DNA of 64,000 bases from the human T2T-CHM13v2.0 reference genome, Homo sapiens. The translations under genes and the position numbers were made by a program. The notes beneath the pieces are model-generated. The model was given only the letters and a program-made list of their open reading frames with translations. It did not search any database and was not told the origin of the DNA. Location of the stretch: assembly GCF_009914755.1 (NCBI RefSeq), contig NC_060938.1; one strand, 5' to 3'. Within the stretch, counting starts at the first letter, position 1, and each line of letters starts with the position of its first letter. Positions 1 to 15,883 of the stretch are shown one piece after another.

Positions 1-590
1 CTCTTTTAGCAGTTTCTTCTAATATTTACCTGGAATTTTGATGCCATTTCCTTTATTGTCTTCCAGCTTCTAGTATTCCTGATTTTGGAAGGTTTTAGGT
101 TTTGCTTTGTCCCTGGAGTTCTGAAATTTCATTTAATACATATAATGTAACTTGGTGTACATCTTTTTTGTTTATTGCCCTTGGCACTCATGGTGACCTC
201 CTTTCAATCTGATATCCTTCAGTTCTGAAGAAGTTTCTGTATTGTTTCTTTGATACAAATATTCTTTCCTGCATCTTTTCTCTTCTTCAGCTTTTCTTAT
301 TTTTCTCTTCTATTTCCAGTCTCTGTCTCATTTTCTGTTTTCAGGGAGATTTCTTAGGCTTTTATCTTCTGAACCATTATATTGATTTAAAAAAATTTCC
401 CCTGATATTTTTTCATTACCAGTAATTTTTTTTGTTCTCTGAATGTTTGTTTTATTTTTTTAAATGTATTTTTCTTTTTCACAGGATGCAATAACTTTTT
501 CTCTTTAAGGATATTAACTACAGTTTTTTTTTGATGGTTCCTCCCATTTCCTTTGAGTTCTTTTTTTTCTATTTGTTTGAACTCTTTCAC
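1..590 (-). mobile_element. Old L1 (L1M-type) antisense fragment
   Basis: T-rich sequence with L1M antisense motifs (ttcagttctg..., ttctttgata...). Confidence 0.5.
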
Positions 591-598
591 TTTGTTGG

Positions 599-897
<299 letters not shown>

Positions 898-1403
898 CAT
901 TTTGTTGGCTTTTTAAAAATGATTGAAGATCCTCAGATGTCTTTTCATATTTAAGGGTAGTCAAGAGGAGATCAGGAGCTTATCTAACCTCTAGATTTCT
1001 TTGTCTTGGAGCTAGTTATTTAGAGAGCAATCTTTCACTCCCTTGTCTAGGGGAGGAGGGTGGGAAATAAGCCCAGCTGCCAATGTTTTGGGAGCCTACA
1101 GAGAGAATCAGCCACGAGGCTCACCATTCCTTATGCAGGTTTCACTCAGCCCCTCTATTTTCAATAAGAGGCCTCATCTCCTTCCTCACCTACACCAGTT
1201 TCCTTTGAGCCCACATCCTTTCTCTTTTAGCCTCTTCAGAGAGCAGGCCTTCTGTTTTGTACAGGAGATCAGTTGCCTAGCTCTGAGGTTGAGGAATGAG
1301 ACACTATTCTCTATAGATTTTCAATGCACCTGCCTGTTTTTTCAGTCCCACCTCAGCCTTCCAAAGTGCTAGGATTACAGATGTGAGCCACTGTGCCCAG
1401 CCC

Positions 1404-1720
1404 TTTGCCCGTTTTTTAACGGGGTGGTTTTTTGTTTGTTGAATTAATTTTCTTATAGATTATGAATATTAGACCTTTATCGAATGCAAAGTTTGTGACT
1501 ATTTTCTCTCATTCTGTAGGGTTGTCTGTTTACTCTGTTGTTTCTTTTGTTGTACAGAAGCTCTGTAGTTTAATTAGGTCTCACTTTTCAATTTTTGTTG
1601 TCAACTTTGTCAACCATCAGGTGGTCGTAGGTGTGTGGCTTTATTTCTGAGTTCTCTGTCCTGTTCCATTGGTCTATGTGTCTGTTTTTGTACCAGTACC
1701 ATTCTGTTTTGGTTACTGTA
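1404..1720 (-). mobile_element. L1 ORF2 antisense fragments
   Basis: The minus-strand translation contains [30 protein letters not shown], typical of L1 ORF2. Confidence 0.85.
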
Positions 1721-1721
1721 G

Positions 1722-2031
1722 TGTGTCTGTGGTTTCTGCATCCATGGATTGAACCAATTGTGGATTGAAAATATTTCAAAAAAAAAAATGCATCTGTACC
1801 AAATATGTGTGGACTTTTTTCCTTGCCATTATTCCTTGAATAATATGACAATCATTTACATAGTATTAGGTATTATAAGTAATCTAGAGATGATTGAAAG
1901 TATATGGGAGGAAGTGCATAGGTTATATGCAAATACTACACAATTTTATATCAGGAATTTGAGCTTCTCTGGATTTTGGTATCCGAAGGAAGTCCTGGAA
2001 CTAATCCTCCATGGATACTGAGAGACAGCTA
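1722..2031 (-). mobile_element. MER2 (TcMar-Tigger) DNA transposon
   Basis: Matches the reverse complement of recalled MER2 (aatctagagatgatt..., ggattttggtatcc...). Confidence 0.8.
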
Positions 2032-2057
2032 TACGTGGTTGCTTTTTAAGAATTGTT

Positions 2058-2370
2058 GGCCGGGCGCGGTGGCTCATGCCTGTAATCCCAGCACTTTGGG
2101 AGGCCGAGGTGGGCGGATCATGAGGTCAGGAGATCGAAACCATCCTGGCTAACACGGTGAAACGCTATCTCTACTAAAAATACAAAAAATTAGCCGGGCG
2201 TGGTGGTGGGCGCCAGTAGTCCCAGCTACTCGGGAGGCTAAGGCAGGAGAATGGCGTGAACCCCGGGAGGTAGAGGTTGCAGCGAGCTGAGGTCGTGCCA
2301 CTGCACTCCAGCCTGGGTGACAAAGCAAGACTCCATCTCCAAAAAAAAAAAAAAAAAAAGGACAGAAAAA
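2058..2370 (+). mobile_element. Alu (AluY/Sc-like)
   Basis: Full Alu with A tail and TSD aagaattgtt. Confidence 0.93.
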
Positions 2371-3135
2371 AGAATTGTTAATACCTGTATTGCATATACA
2401 GCATTAACTGAAAATTCTTTGCTTAAGCAAGTAAGGGAATTCACCTACTGATGTAACAAAACAAATCCTTAGCCAGGATTGGCTAAAGATATCTGTGTCG
2501 CAGAAAAGCTATCATTAAGACTGGCCCTCCATTTTCACTGCCGTCAAGTGCTGTTTTCCTGACAGCTCCAGCCTTGCATGTTCCCAGCTTTAGCTTCCAA
2601 GGCAAGAAAGAATTTTTCCTTCTTAATAGTTAGACAATTCCAAAATAGCATTTCATTAGCCATGATACATACCACATACCCCGCCTGCTTGCCTCCCCAC
2701 TCCCAACAAATTACCCTGGCCATGGGGATGTTAAACTCATTGTGGCCAGATCTGGGCCACGTGGCCAAACCTGGAGCCAAGCGTGAAGTACTTCTACTTG
2801 GAATGCGTGGTAGTGCCTAAGGGAAATAAATTTATTAGAAGATGCCTCTACACCTTTGTTGCCTAACCATGCCAGATAATAGAACAACTTCATTTTAAGC
2901 CCATGTGAGTAGATGGTGATGACAGCTGCAGGAAACTTCATGTTATAAAAATAAGAGACTATTTACATGACACAGGTAGTTATAGTAAGCCAGCCAGGGG
3001 TAATAGTAAAGTACTTTATGACAGATATTTCTGTAAATCTTTCCTCATCTTTGATTGTACATTTTGTCTTCCTCTCAATTTTATCATTTGGATTCATTTT
3101 ATAATTTATTGGTTAATTGGATTGTAACTCTTAAG

Positions 3136-3286
3136 GCATCCAAATCAAGAAGGCATCGTCAAGTCAAACTCGACTCTTCTGACTCTGATTCTGCATCTGG
3201 TCAAGGGCAAGTCAAAGCAACTAGGAAAAAAGAGAAGAAAGAAAGATTGAAACCAGCAGGAAGGAAGATGTCTCTCAGAAACAAAG
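3136..3286 (+). CDS. SNAPC1: SNAPC1 (SNAP43) internal coding exon, 151 nt, phase 0 to 1: ASKSRRHRQVKLDSSDSDSASGQGQVKATRKKEKKERLKPAGRKMSLRNK(G)
   Basis: Acceptor ttaag|GCA at 3135/3136 and donor AAAG|gtaact at 3286/3287. The peptide matches my recall of the human SNAPC1 C-terminal region and joins in frame to the next two exons. Confidence 0.93.
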
Positions 3287-3516
3287 GTAACTTTTTAAAG
3301 TCTTACTAAGATTCAACAAAGGAGAATGGGTTTTATTTACAACTTTGCCTCATGTTTATTTCCTTGTTAAGAAGGATTAGATACTTGTTTGAGAACATTT
3401 TTGTGAGATTTAATATTAAAAATAAATTCTGTTAGATTCTTGGAATCTTATTGCTTGAAAGGGATCCTAGGAATCATATCAAATGTATCGTTTTATAGAT
3501 GATGAAATTTTGGCCT

Positions 3517-3810
<294 letters not shown>

Positions 3811-3892
3811 GAAATTTAGGCCTATACAGATTAAATAACTTGTCTAAAGTGATATATCAATTAATAGCTAGATAGTTATGAAATCAGTCTAG

Positions 3893-4222
<330 letters not shown>

Positions 4223-4381
4223 TCCAGTGCATATTTTAGTAGTAATTTTTGTGTGCGAATCAAACTTATTTGTAGAATGAGATATAAATAATGCATTCTA
4301 TAAACCATGTTTCTTTTTAGCTGTATTAAGATGTCCTTTTTCTTTGACATGGTGTATCTGTAAAATTACCTTTCTTCTTAA

Positions 4382-4728
<347 letters not shown>

Positions 4729-5379
4729 CAATAGTTTGGTTTTTTAAAAATTGTCTGAATAATGTATATGCACCCTACATAAATTTGGAATTTGATTAAC
4801 AGGTTTACTTAAGGTGAGAAAAAAAGGAGCGTTAGAAACAGTAAATATTTAATGACTAATAATGAAATTCACTCTCAACTACTGCAGGTATATATGAAGA
4901 TAAGTTAACAGCCTTTTAGCATTTTTTCCCCTATATTGAAGCAGTGGAGGGAGAACTGAAGTTAAATACCTTTAATATGTCCCAGATATGATTAAGTCGT
5001 GTAACAGTAGCTTGAAGTGCACTGAGAATTCAGAGGAGATACCATATTTGTTAAGTATGATCAAGAAATAGTTCAAAAGGAGATTTTTCTACTTCCTTTC
5101 ACAATGCTAAAGGATATTGTGAAGAAAATTGTTAGACTAAACTCACTTATGAGTATTACTGAAAAAATCCTAAGTCACATGTATCAAAAATAATCCTAGA
5201 CACAAAAATACCTTGACTGAGTACACTTATTTCAGGATGCATTCAGAATCTATTAATATGATTTACCACATCAGTAGGTTAAAGGGGAAAATGTGAATTT
5301 ATTTTAATAGTTACCAAAGAAGACATTTGATAATATCCACCATCCATTCTTGATTTAAAAAAAAAAAATCCTCTAGATC

Positions 5380-5597
5380 AAGGAGTCAGCAAACAGTTTC
5401 TGTAAAGGGCCAGGTAGTAAATAGTTTAGGTTTTGTGAGCCGTGTTTCTGTCACAACTACTCAGCTCTACCATCGTAATGTGAAAGTAGCTATAGATAAT
5501 ACCAACACACACTAGTGTGGTTGTAGTCCAGTAAAACTGTATAAAAGCAGGTGGTTGGTCACATTTGGTCCAGGGGCCATAGTTTGTTAACTCCTGC
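5380..5597 (-). mobile_element. MER58A (hAT-Charlie)
   Basis: Terminal inverted repeats aggagtcagcaaac and gtttgttaactcctg, with internal tgtaaagggccag.tagtaaata. Confidence 0.8.
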
Positions 5598-6013
5598 CCT
5601 AGGTAAAATAGAAGATTATTTCTTTAATCTTTAAAGTGTGTGTGTGCACTTGTGTATTAGATTACAAAGTGCCTCATGTTCAATGGTAATATGCAAGAAG
5701 TATCACAGTTTTATTTAACGTTGCTCTTAAAGAGCTAGTCAGTGTAATTAGATAAGAGAGTGAAGGGAGATATGACATCAGAAAGAGAGACTAGAAAATT
5801 ATCATGATATGTGAATGATTTTATGCCTAAAAAAATTCTAAAGAGAATTTGCTGAAAAATAATTAAGAACAAAAATTTAGGGAGGTAAGGGTGACCACTG
5901 TAAACCTTACAAAGATTAAAAGGTGACCAAGGCAAAATTATAAATAATTTTATGCCAGTAAGTTAGGTAGCTTAAATAAAATGAATAAATTTATTAAGAG
6001 ACACAAGTTTCCA

Positions 6014-6312
6014 GGCCGGGCGCGGTGGCCCATGCTTGTAATCACAGCACTTTGGGAGGCTGAGGCAGGTGGGTCACCTGAGGTTGGGAGTTCAAGACCA
6101 GCCTGGCCAACATGGAGAAACCCCGTCTCTACTGAAAATACAAAACTAGCTGGGCTTGGTGGCACATGCATGTAATCCCAGCTACTTGGGAGACTGAGGC
6201 AGAATTGCTTGAACCCGGGAGGCGGAGGTTGCGGTGAGCCAAGATCGCGCCAAGATGGAGCCTTTGCGCTCCAACCTGGGCAACAAGAGCGAAATTCTGT
6301 CTCAAAAAAAAA
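6014..6312 (+). mobile_element. Alu (AluSp/Sq-like)
   Basis: Full Alu with TSD agagacacaagtttcca. Confidence 0.92.
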
Positions 6313-6370
6313 AGAGAGAGACACAAGTTTCCAAAACTGATGGAGGAAATCTGAATAGTCTAATGTCTAC

Positions 6371-6871
6371 TGAGACCCCAGAATATCTGAGACAGGTCTC
6401 AGTTGATTTAGAAAGTTTATTTTGCCTGGGTTAAGGATGTGCCTGTGATACAACCTCAGGAAGTCCTGAGACATGTGCCCAGTGTGGTCGGGATACAGTT
6501 TGCTTTTATACATTTTAGGGAGACATGACACATCATCAATATGTGTAAGTCGTACATTGGTTTGGTCTGGTAAGGCAACAAGTGGGGGCTTCCAGGTTAG
6601 AAGTAGGTAAGACAAAAAGTTGGATTTTTTGAGTCTTTGATGGCCTTCCACCTAATACAAATAATACGCAATTTACTCTGGCTCAATGAATCTGCATTTT
6701 CACATAAGCAATAGGGGAGAGGAAGCAATCAGATATGCATTTGTCTTAGGTGAGCCTCAATGGGATCACTTTGAATAGAATGGGAGGCTGGTTTGCCCTA
6801 AGCAGTTCCCAGCTTGACTTTTCCCTTTAGCTTAGTGATTTTGGGGTCTGAAGATTTATTTTCCTCTCACA
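6371..6871 (-). mobile_element. MER4-family ERV1 solo LTR inserted into an L1
   Basis: TG...CA ends and 4-bp TSD ctac/ctgc. The minus strand begins TGTGAGAGGAAAATAAATCTTCAGACCCCAAAATCACTAAGCTAAAGGG, as in recalled MER4. Confidence 0.8.
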
Positions 6872-8195
6872 CTGCTAAAGAAATTAAATTCCCAGGCTTC
6901 TCTGGAAATTTTAGCAAACATTTAAGAAAGGAGTGATCTAGATTCTTTCAGAAAATGCAAGAGGGAACACTTTGCAGCTTACTGACATTGCAAGAAAGAA
7001 CTAAAGACCAATATCCCTTATCTTATCCAAAAAAAAATTCAAAATGGATTATGGACCTAAATTTGAAACCTAAATTATAAAACTTGTGAAAAAATATGTA
7101 GGAGAAAAATGTTTGTGTTCTTGGGTTGGGCAAGATTTTTAAATACATGACACAAAAACACAAGCAAATCATGAAACAAAAAAAACTGATAAATTGGCAT
7201 TCTCAAAGTTACAATTTTTGTCTTCAAAAGACACTGTTAAGAAGATGAGAAGATAAGCCACAGACTGGGAGAAAATTTTTGCAAACTACTACGCTGATAA
7301 AGGTCTTGTATCCAAAATAGTAATATTTAAAGAAGTCTAACTCAATAAATATACAGCCCACCCAATGAAGAAATGGCTAAAACATTTCACCAAAGAAAAG
7401 ATATGGATGGCAAATAATCATATGAAAAGATGCTCTGCATCTTTAGTTACTAGAGAAATGTAAATTAAAACCACAGTGACACTCCACTAAACCCTGAATG
7501 GCAACAACAAAAAGACCCCACAAAGCAAAACAAAAATTGTGATGAAAAAAGCTGTTGAGGATTTGGAACAAGTGGAACCTGCATACTTTTCTGGTGTGAA
7601 TCCAGAATGATGTGGTTACTTTAGAAAACCTGTAGTTTTTAAAAGGTAAACGTGTACTTACCATCCGACCCAGAAATACTATTCCTTGGTATTTACTCAA
7701 GAGAAATGAACACTTAATGTTCACACAGAAATGTGTATGCAAAAGTTTATGTGGCTTTATTCATAATTGCAAGAACTGCAAACAGCCTAAAAATCCTTCC
7801 ACTGCTGATTGGATAAACTGTGGCATATCCATGCAATGAAATACAACCCAGCAATAAAAGAGCTATCATACATCTAACAACATAGATGAATCTGAATTCA
7901 GTGTGCTCTGTGAAAGAAGACAGACACAAAAGGCTATATACTCTGTGATTCTATTTATATGACATTCTGGAAGAGGCAAATCTGTAGGGACAGAAAACAT
8001 ATATTTGGTTGCTACGGACTTAGGGGTAGGGGAAGGTATTAAATGCCCAGTGGCACAGAGAAACTTTTGGGGTGATGGAAATTTATATTTTCGTTGCAGT
8101 GGTAGATTGCACAGCCGTGCATTTGTCCAAACTTCTCTGTATAGCAAAAATGGGTGAATTTTATTGTATGTTAATAATACTTCAATAAACCTGAC
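6872..8195 (+). mobile_element. Old L1 (L1M-type) ORF2 end and 3' UTR, sense, fragmented
   Basis: L1 motifs (aaatggattatggacctaaat, gacactgttaagaagatg, ataaactgtggcatatcc) ending in caataaa. Confidence 0.8.
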
Positions 8196-8309
8196 TGATG
8201 GCCAAACACGAACAAAAAGAGAGGACATAAGGAAAAGATTGTTTAGTTTGATTATATTTCAAAAATTAACTTCTGGTAGATTAAAATGTTTTTTTTTTTT
8301 TAAAGAAAA

Positions 8310-8721
8310 TGTTCAGCTGAATTAAATTTAAAGGAGTTTAATTGAGCAGTGAACATTTCCAGTATCGCACAGCCCCTAGAATCACGGCAGATTCAGAGAC
8401 TCCAGTGCAGCCACGTGGTGGAAGATGTATAGCCAATAAAAAGGAAATGAGGTACAGAAATCGGAAGTGAGGTACAGAACAGCTGGATTGGTTACAGCTC
8501 GGCATTTGCCTTATTTGAACACAGTTTGAAGACTCAGCAGTGTATGAATGGTTGAAGTACTGCCGCTGGGATTGGCCAAGTCTCAGCTATTGTTAAGGCA
8601 CATACTCCTAAATTTGGTTTTCAGTCTTGTCTACCTATTAAGCTAGATTGCAGTTGGTCCACAAGGACTCAAATATAGAAGTACGGAGTCCTTCTCAGGC
8701 CATATTTAGTTCACTTTAACA
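8310..8721 (-). mobile_element. ERV1 solo LTR (MER57-family-like)
   Basis: TG...CA ends. The minus strand starts TGTTAAAGTGAACTAAATATGGCCTGAGAAGGACTCC and contains CCAAT boxes and AATTAAA. Confidence 0.72.
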
Positions 8722-9849
8722 TAAGTACCAAAGATAGTTAGGTTTAGAAACCCTCACAAGCACTTTTTATTAATTGCCTTCATATAGGCACAGCAACGTG
8801 ATGAGCTGGCCAAGCTGCTTTCTTGAAGACCTGAAAAAAAAATTTTTTAATGTGGTTGGGGAACAAAGGAGGAACAAGAACAAAATAGGAAAAGAAAGAA
8901 GTTAAATGAAATTAACTTTCATCTTGAATGTGTGACAGGTATAATTTATGATCACCAATCATATCTTAATTAGTTGCTGAAAACAACTGTTTTGTAAATT
9001 CTGAAACTAACTGAAGGACAGGCTCTATAGTACATCTGAGATTTGTTAATGAATTTTCTCAGGGTGTTAGGGAGGATTTACCCATGAGAAAGAATAAAGT
9101 ATTATAAAATGTGATCTGAATTCAGATCTCCATCATGGCTTAACTAATCCAGCTAAGGTATTATAAATACTCTGAAGCAGAAGTAGTTACCTGAATAATA
9201 AAGACCCAAATGCTTACTTTGTAGTTTCTCATTAATCAAACATTCATTTCCATACAGTGGAAAGGTATTTTTGATTTTACAGTTTTTCAAACAGAGGAGC
9301 CTTCAGTTCCATAAAAGGCAAAAGATCTTACAAATCCATTTGCACATATGATACTGTTAAAATTTCTAATTGTAAAAGAGCTTTTATAAATGAATAAGAA
9401 AAGGGCCACCACCCAGTAGAAAAATAGCTTAGGACATGAACAGGCAATAACAAATGCAGGCAGACAGTCAGTGCATATAGGAAATAATTGAATTTCATTT
9501 ATAATTAAAGATATATAAATTAAAACATGATTTTTATATTATTTGATAAAGATTAAAGATAATACCCATTGATAATGAAAGTGTGAGGAAATAAAATCTC
9601 AGTTTAAGTGGGAGAGTAAATTGGCACATTCTTTTCATAGAGCAATTTAGAATCAGGTCAAAATTTTAAATGTACATGCTTTTTAGAATTGCTAGGAATT
9701 TATTCTGTACAAATCATAAATATAAAAGGAAATTCATTGCAGGATTATTTGAAATGGCAAACTGTAAACAACTCAAATGTATAATGGGTAAATAAAATTA
9801 TTGTCAGTCCATACAAAGGAATACTTTGCAGTTACTAAAAAGCTAGGGA

Positions 9850-10146
<297 letters not shown>

Positions 10147-10479
10147 CTAGGGAAAGCTCTGTATTATGAAAGTATATCCAAAATATATCGACTAAAAATA
10201 AAACACAACATTATCTATACATTTCATAGTGAAAAGGCTTTTTAAAAAAGTATGATCTCGTTTCTATTAATAAAAAAATATACATACATACACACATGAA
10301 CATAATATATAGCACTGAAGAAATCTAGATGTGTATGAAGTATTACCAGTGGTTAATTTTCAAGGATAGTATAATGAGAAACTACCCATAAATGTCTGTA
10401 ACGTTTGGATTTTGTATAACCAAGTGTTACTTTAGTAATCAGTAGAAATCCAAAGACCTTTTTACAAATAAGGTAAACA

Positions 10480-11000
10480 TAATTTCATAGACTCAGACAA
10501 GTAGAGGGGCTGGTGTGAAAAAGGCAGAGTAGCTGGGAAGTATAGAGTGAGGGGTCCATTTAGGCTGGATTGTAAAGGGGATATGTTGGGGAGTTAAATG
10601 TTAAAAGTGCTGGAAAAATATGTTGAGGATTGTATTGTGACCAGGCCTTAAATGTGGAATCAAGAAGTTTACACTTCAATTGGTAGGCAGAGGGGGAGTC
10701 AACTGAAACTTTTGAGCAAGAAAGTGGCATGCCCAAAGTTTTCCTTGAAGAAAATCAGTCTGGGAGTAGAATGGTAGGTAGCTGGGAACAAACTGAAAAT
10801 AGGAACACTAAGTAGAGGGCTGTTGCGGTAGTTCAGATTTAGGAGTAACGAGCGTGTGCCACATGGTTGTAGGAATTAGAGAAGCAAGGCTAACAGACAT
10901 AAGAGCAAATACGGAGACTAGTGGAGAGGGGTGAGACAAGAATGCTTAATGTCTGAGCACCTGGGAGGATATTTGTGTCCTTGCTGGAGAAATACAATGA
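10480..11000. mobile_element. L2 relic
   Basis: Purine-rich L2-like motifs (gtaggcagaggggg, ttttgagcaagaaagtggcatg). Confidence 0.5.
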
Positions 11001-11179
11001 CACAATAAAGATTTCATTGGGGGGAGAATTCGCTCCAGTCCGCCTTGCCAGACTGATTTCTGTAATAATTGCTTGGTGTATTAATGGGTGCTCAGTATAT
11101 TGATGGAATTTACTTAAGCTTATGTTATTTAAGCTTTAATTATGTGCTCACCATTCCTCGAATATAACATGCATGTTGA

Positions 11180-11533
<354 letters not shown>

Positions 11534-11760
11534 TATGTAACACTTTTTATCTGACCAACTTTTTCTCACATGTCCAAGACCTTCTAGATAATACATAGCA
11601 GAACTGAGACTGGAACGAGTCTGTCTGAATCCAAGCCTGATTCTTTAACTGTCATACTGTGCTACCTCCCAGGTCACTGGAGGTGTGGATCTGGAGCTCA
11701 GATTAGACATACACTTAAGTAAATTTGTTGTTAGTTGCATTCTAGCTGCCTGACTAGTAA

Positions 11761-12207
<447 letters not shown>

Positions 12208-12463
12208 AAAATTTACTTTTTAAAAATTTAATTATTTTTGGCTATCTTTCTCAAATATATTGCATTCTCTTTTATATGTTTCCTTTTTTCTACATTTATC
12301 ATTTTTGTAATTATAAATACATTAAAGTCAAATATATTTTATGCTCTTATTTTCTGGAACACTGTATCCTTAACATAATTTAATTTTCTCCTGACAAGTC
12401 ATGGTCACCATCATGAGGATTATGTTACTGGGTTTTATAATGTAATGATTCTATCAAGAAATA

Positions 12464-12755
12464 GGCCGGGCACGGTGGCTCACGCCTGTAATCCCAGCAG
12501 TTTGGGAGGTCGAGGCAGGTGGATCACTTGAGGTCAGGAGTTTGAAACCAGCCTGGCCAGCATGGTGGAACCCCCATCTCTACTACAAATACAGAAATTA
12601 GCTGAGCGTGATGGCATTCACCTGTAGTCCCAGCTACTCAGGAGGCTGAGGCATGAGAATCATTTAAGCCTGGGAGGCGGAGGTTGCAGTGAGCTGGGAT
12701 TACGCCACTGTACTCCAGCCTGGGCTACAGAGAGACTCTGTCTCAAAAAAAAAAA
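12464..12755 (+). mobile_element. Alu (AluSx-like)
   Basis: Full Alu with A tail. Confidence 0.92.
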
Positions 12756-12888
12756 TAGCTTAAGTGTGCGGCAGTTTATATTAAATGGCTTCATGCCACA
12801 ATGCTTTGTTCTTATGTCTTTTTAAAAAAAGAAAATAGTGTTTCTGTTACACTTATTGTAGTGAACATCTTTCTGTTCTCAGTGTGCA

Positions 12889-13020
12889 GGCTCAGGAGGC
12901 AGAGGCAGGAGAATTGCTTGAACCCAGGAGGCAGAGGTTGCAATGAGCCAAGATCGCGCCACTGCACTGCAGCCTGGGTGACAGAGTGAGACTCCATTAA
13001 AAAAGAAAAAAAAAAAAAAA
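12889..13020 (+). mobile_element. 5'-truncated Alu (right arm)
   Basis: Right-monomer consensus plus A tail. Confidence 0.85.
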
Positions 13021-13705
13021 GCAAGATATAACATATCAAATGATAAAAGTGTTGGGGCAAAGAAAAACAGCATAAAAAATAGTCACTGTTTATGGGGGTT
13101 GCTTTTGGGACATGGAAATTGTGTGCTAAATGGTACTTGATATGACAATGGTATCTGATAAATTTGGTTGGGATACTTCTTCAGGTAACAGAAGGTTGAT
13201 GTAGAGAACCTCTAGTGTTTTTGAAAATGGAAAGTCAATCGCAAATTATGACTAGAGGAATATATCTTGTAGAGCATATGTGGTGAGAAAAGAAAGTATG
13301 TTCACATCCAAAAGTAAGGCTGTTAAACTCAAAAATTACATTTGTAATTAATTTAATAAAGTTGAAGTAACATATGTGATTATTCTTTGATGGCTGCAGA
13401 TATAACCACTGTCATGTGTGGTAAAGATTAAATATGGTATTTGTGTTTGGCTAATTTTGTTTATTCCTTTTTTCTCTGTTTTCTCTAGTGGAAGAACTAG
13501 AGACTATTTTCAAAGTATAAATACAAATATGTTAGTATTTGAAAAAATATAGGTATTCTAGAATGCGTATTTCTGTTACCATTACAGTTTCAGTTTTTAC
13601 ATGTCTAATTTTTATGCTGTAATAATGACAGTTTTTGTAAAATGTTTTCTCAAAGATTATAATATTCTTTGCTTTCATATAAAATCATTTTCTAAATATT
13701 TCTAG

Positions 13706-13801
13706 GCAATGTGCAGAATATACACAAGGAAGATAAACCTTTAAGTCTGAGTATGCCTGTAATTACAGAAGAAGAAGAGAATGAAAGTTTGAGTGGAACA
13801 G
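13706..13801 (+). CDS. SNAPC1: SNAPC1 penultimate coding exon, 96 nt, phase 1 to 1: (G)NVQNIHKEDKPLSLSMPVITEEEENESLSGT(E)
   Basis: Acceptor tttctag|GC and donor ACAG|gtacag. The reading frame is open and continuous with both neighbouring exons. Confidence 0.92.
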
Positions 13802-14139
13802 GTACAGATAAAATTTGGTCAAACTAGTCAAGTAAACTAACTTATACTCGTAGAGCATCAAGGTTTAGAACCCTTGAGGAACATGACAGTTTGCTGTGTG
13901 TTCTTGTGATCCTTTCATCTTTGACCCATTGGAGAATTTCAGTATTAGTCATATCATTAATGACATCTCAAAGTCAGGGATAATACAATAAATGAATGGT
14001 ATGGATACCCATTAGGTATCCTATCAGTTTCATCTTTGTAGAGATGTCTCTGTCAGACCTCTGACCTGCTTTCATCTGGACAGTGTTCCAGTACTTCTAA
14101 TCCTGACTGCTGCTCTCTTCCAGGAATTTGTTTTCTTTA

Positions 14140-14883
<744 letters not shown>

Positions 14884-15254
14884 TAATTTTCATGTTTTTG
14901 TGTTTTCTATTACTTTCTTTGCTTTTAATGATCAGTAAACTTTAGGTTCGTGCTGTTTCTAGATGGACAATTATTCGAGTGTTGGTTCTGGCATCTCCTG
15001 TGGTAGCCAGAATGATGTGTGGTACTGGTGTTTTGGGTTACATTTCTAGGTTTAATTGAAATGAAATTGAAATCTTAGTCATTTTCTTCTTCTTAGTACT
15101 GGCCTAAATACCTTTGAGATCTAGTACCCTGGGTTCATATAATTATAGGGAGGGTGTACCCATATGAAACAACTTCACAGTAACTTATTATTAATTAGGA
15201 TTTAGAATGACTAAGGGCCACTATCTCAATAGATTGATATTGCAATAGGATTGA

Positions 15255-15607
<353 letters not shown>

Positions 15608-15848
15608 GATAGTATGTTTTAAACTGCTGTATCATTTTGAAGAAAAAATTCTTGAATATGTCAGGTTTAAGATTTTTTTGTTGTGTCTTTGCTGTGAGGG
15701 CATTCTTATTGTGTTGTACCAGTTAGACGTCTATGTAGTTGAAATGTGTATTATCAATTAGGTATTATCATGTAAGTGTCAGTTGTTTTTTTTGTTTGTT
15801 TTTTTTTTGTTTTTAGATCTGACTGACTTTTAAACTTTATGTCTTTAG

Positions 15849-15883
15849 AGTTCACTGCATCCAAGAAGAGGAGAAAACACTGA
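15849..15883 (+). CDS. SNAPC1: SNAPC1 last coding exon: (E)FTASKKRRKH-stop
   Basis: Acceptor gtctttag|AG TTC ACT...CAC TGA, with the stop at 15881-15883. The basic KKRRKH C-terminus matches recalled SNAPC1. Confidence 0.92.

Noticed and set aside
3055-3309. 84-aa ORF spanning the SNAPC1 exon
   Set aside because: It is the exon's open frame extended into intron on both sides. The splice sites delimit 3136-3286.
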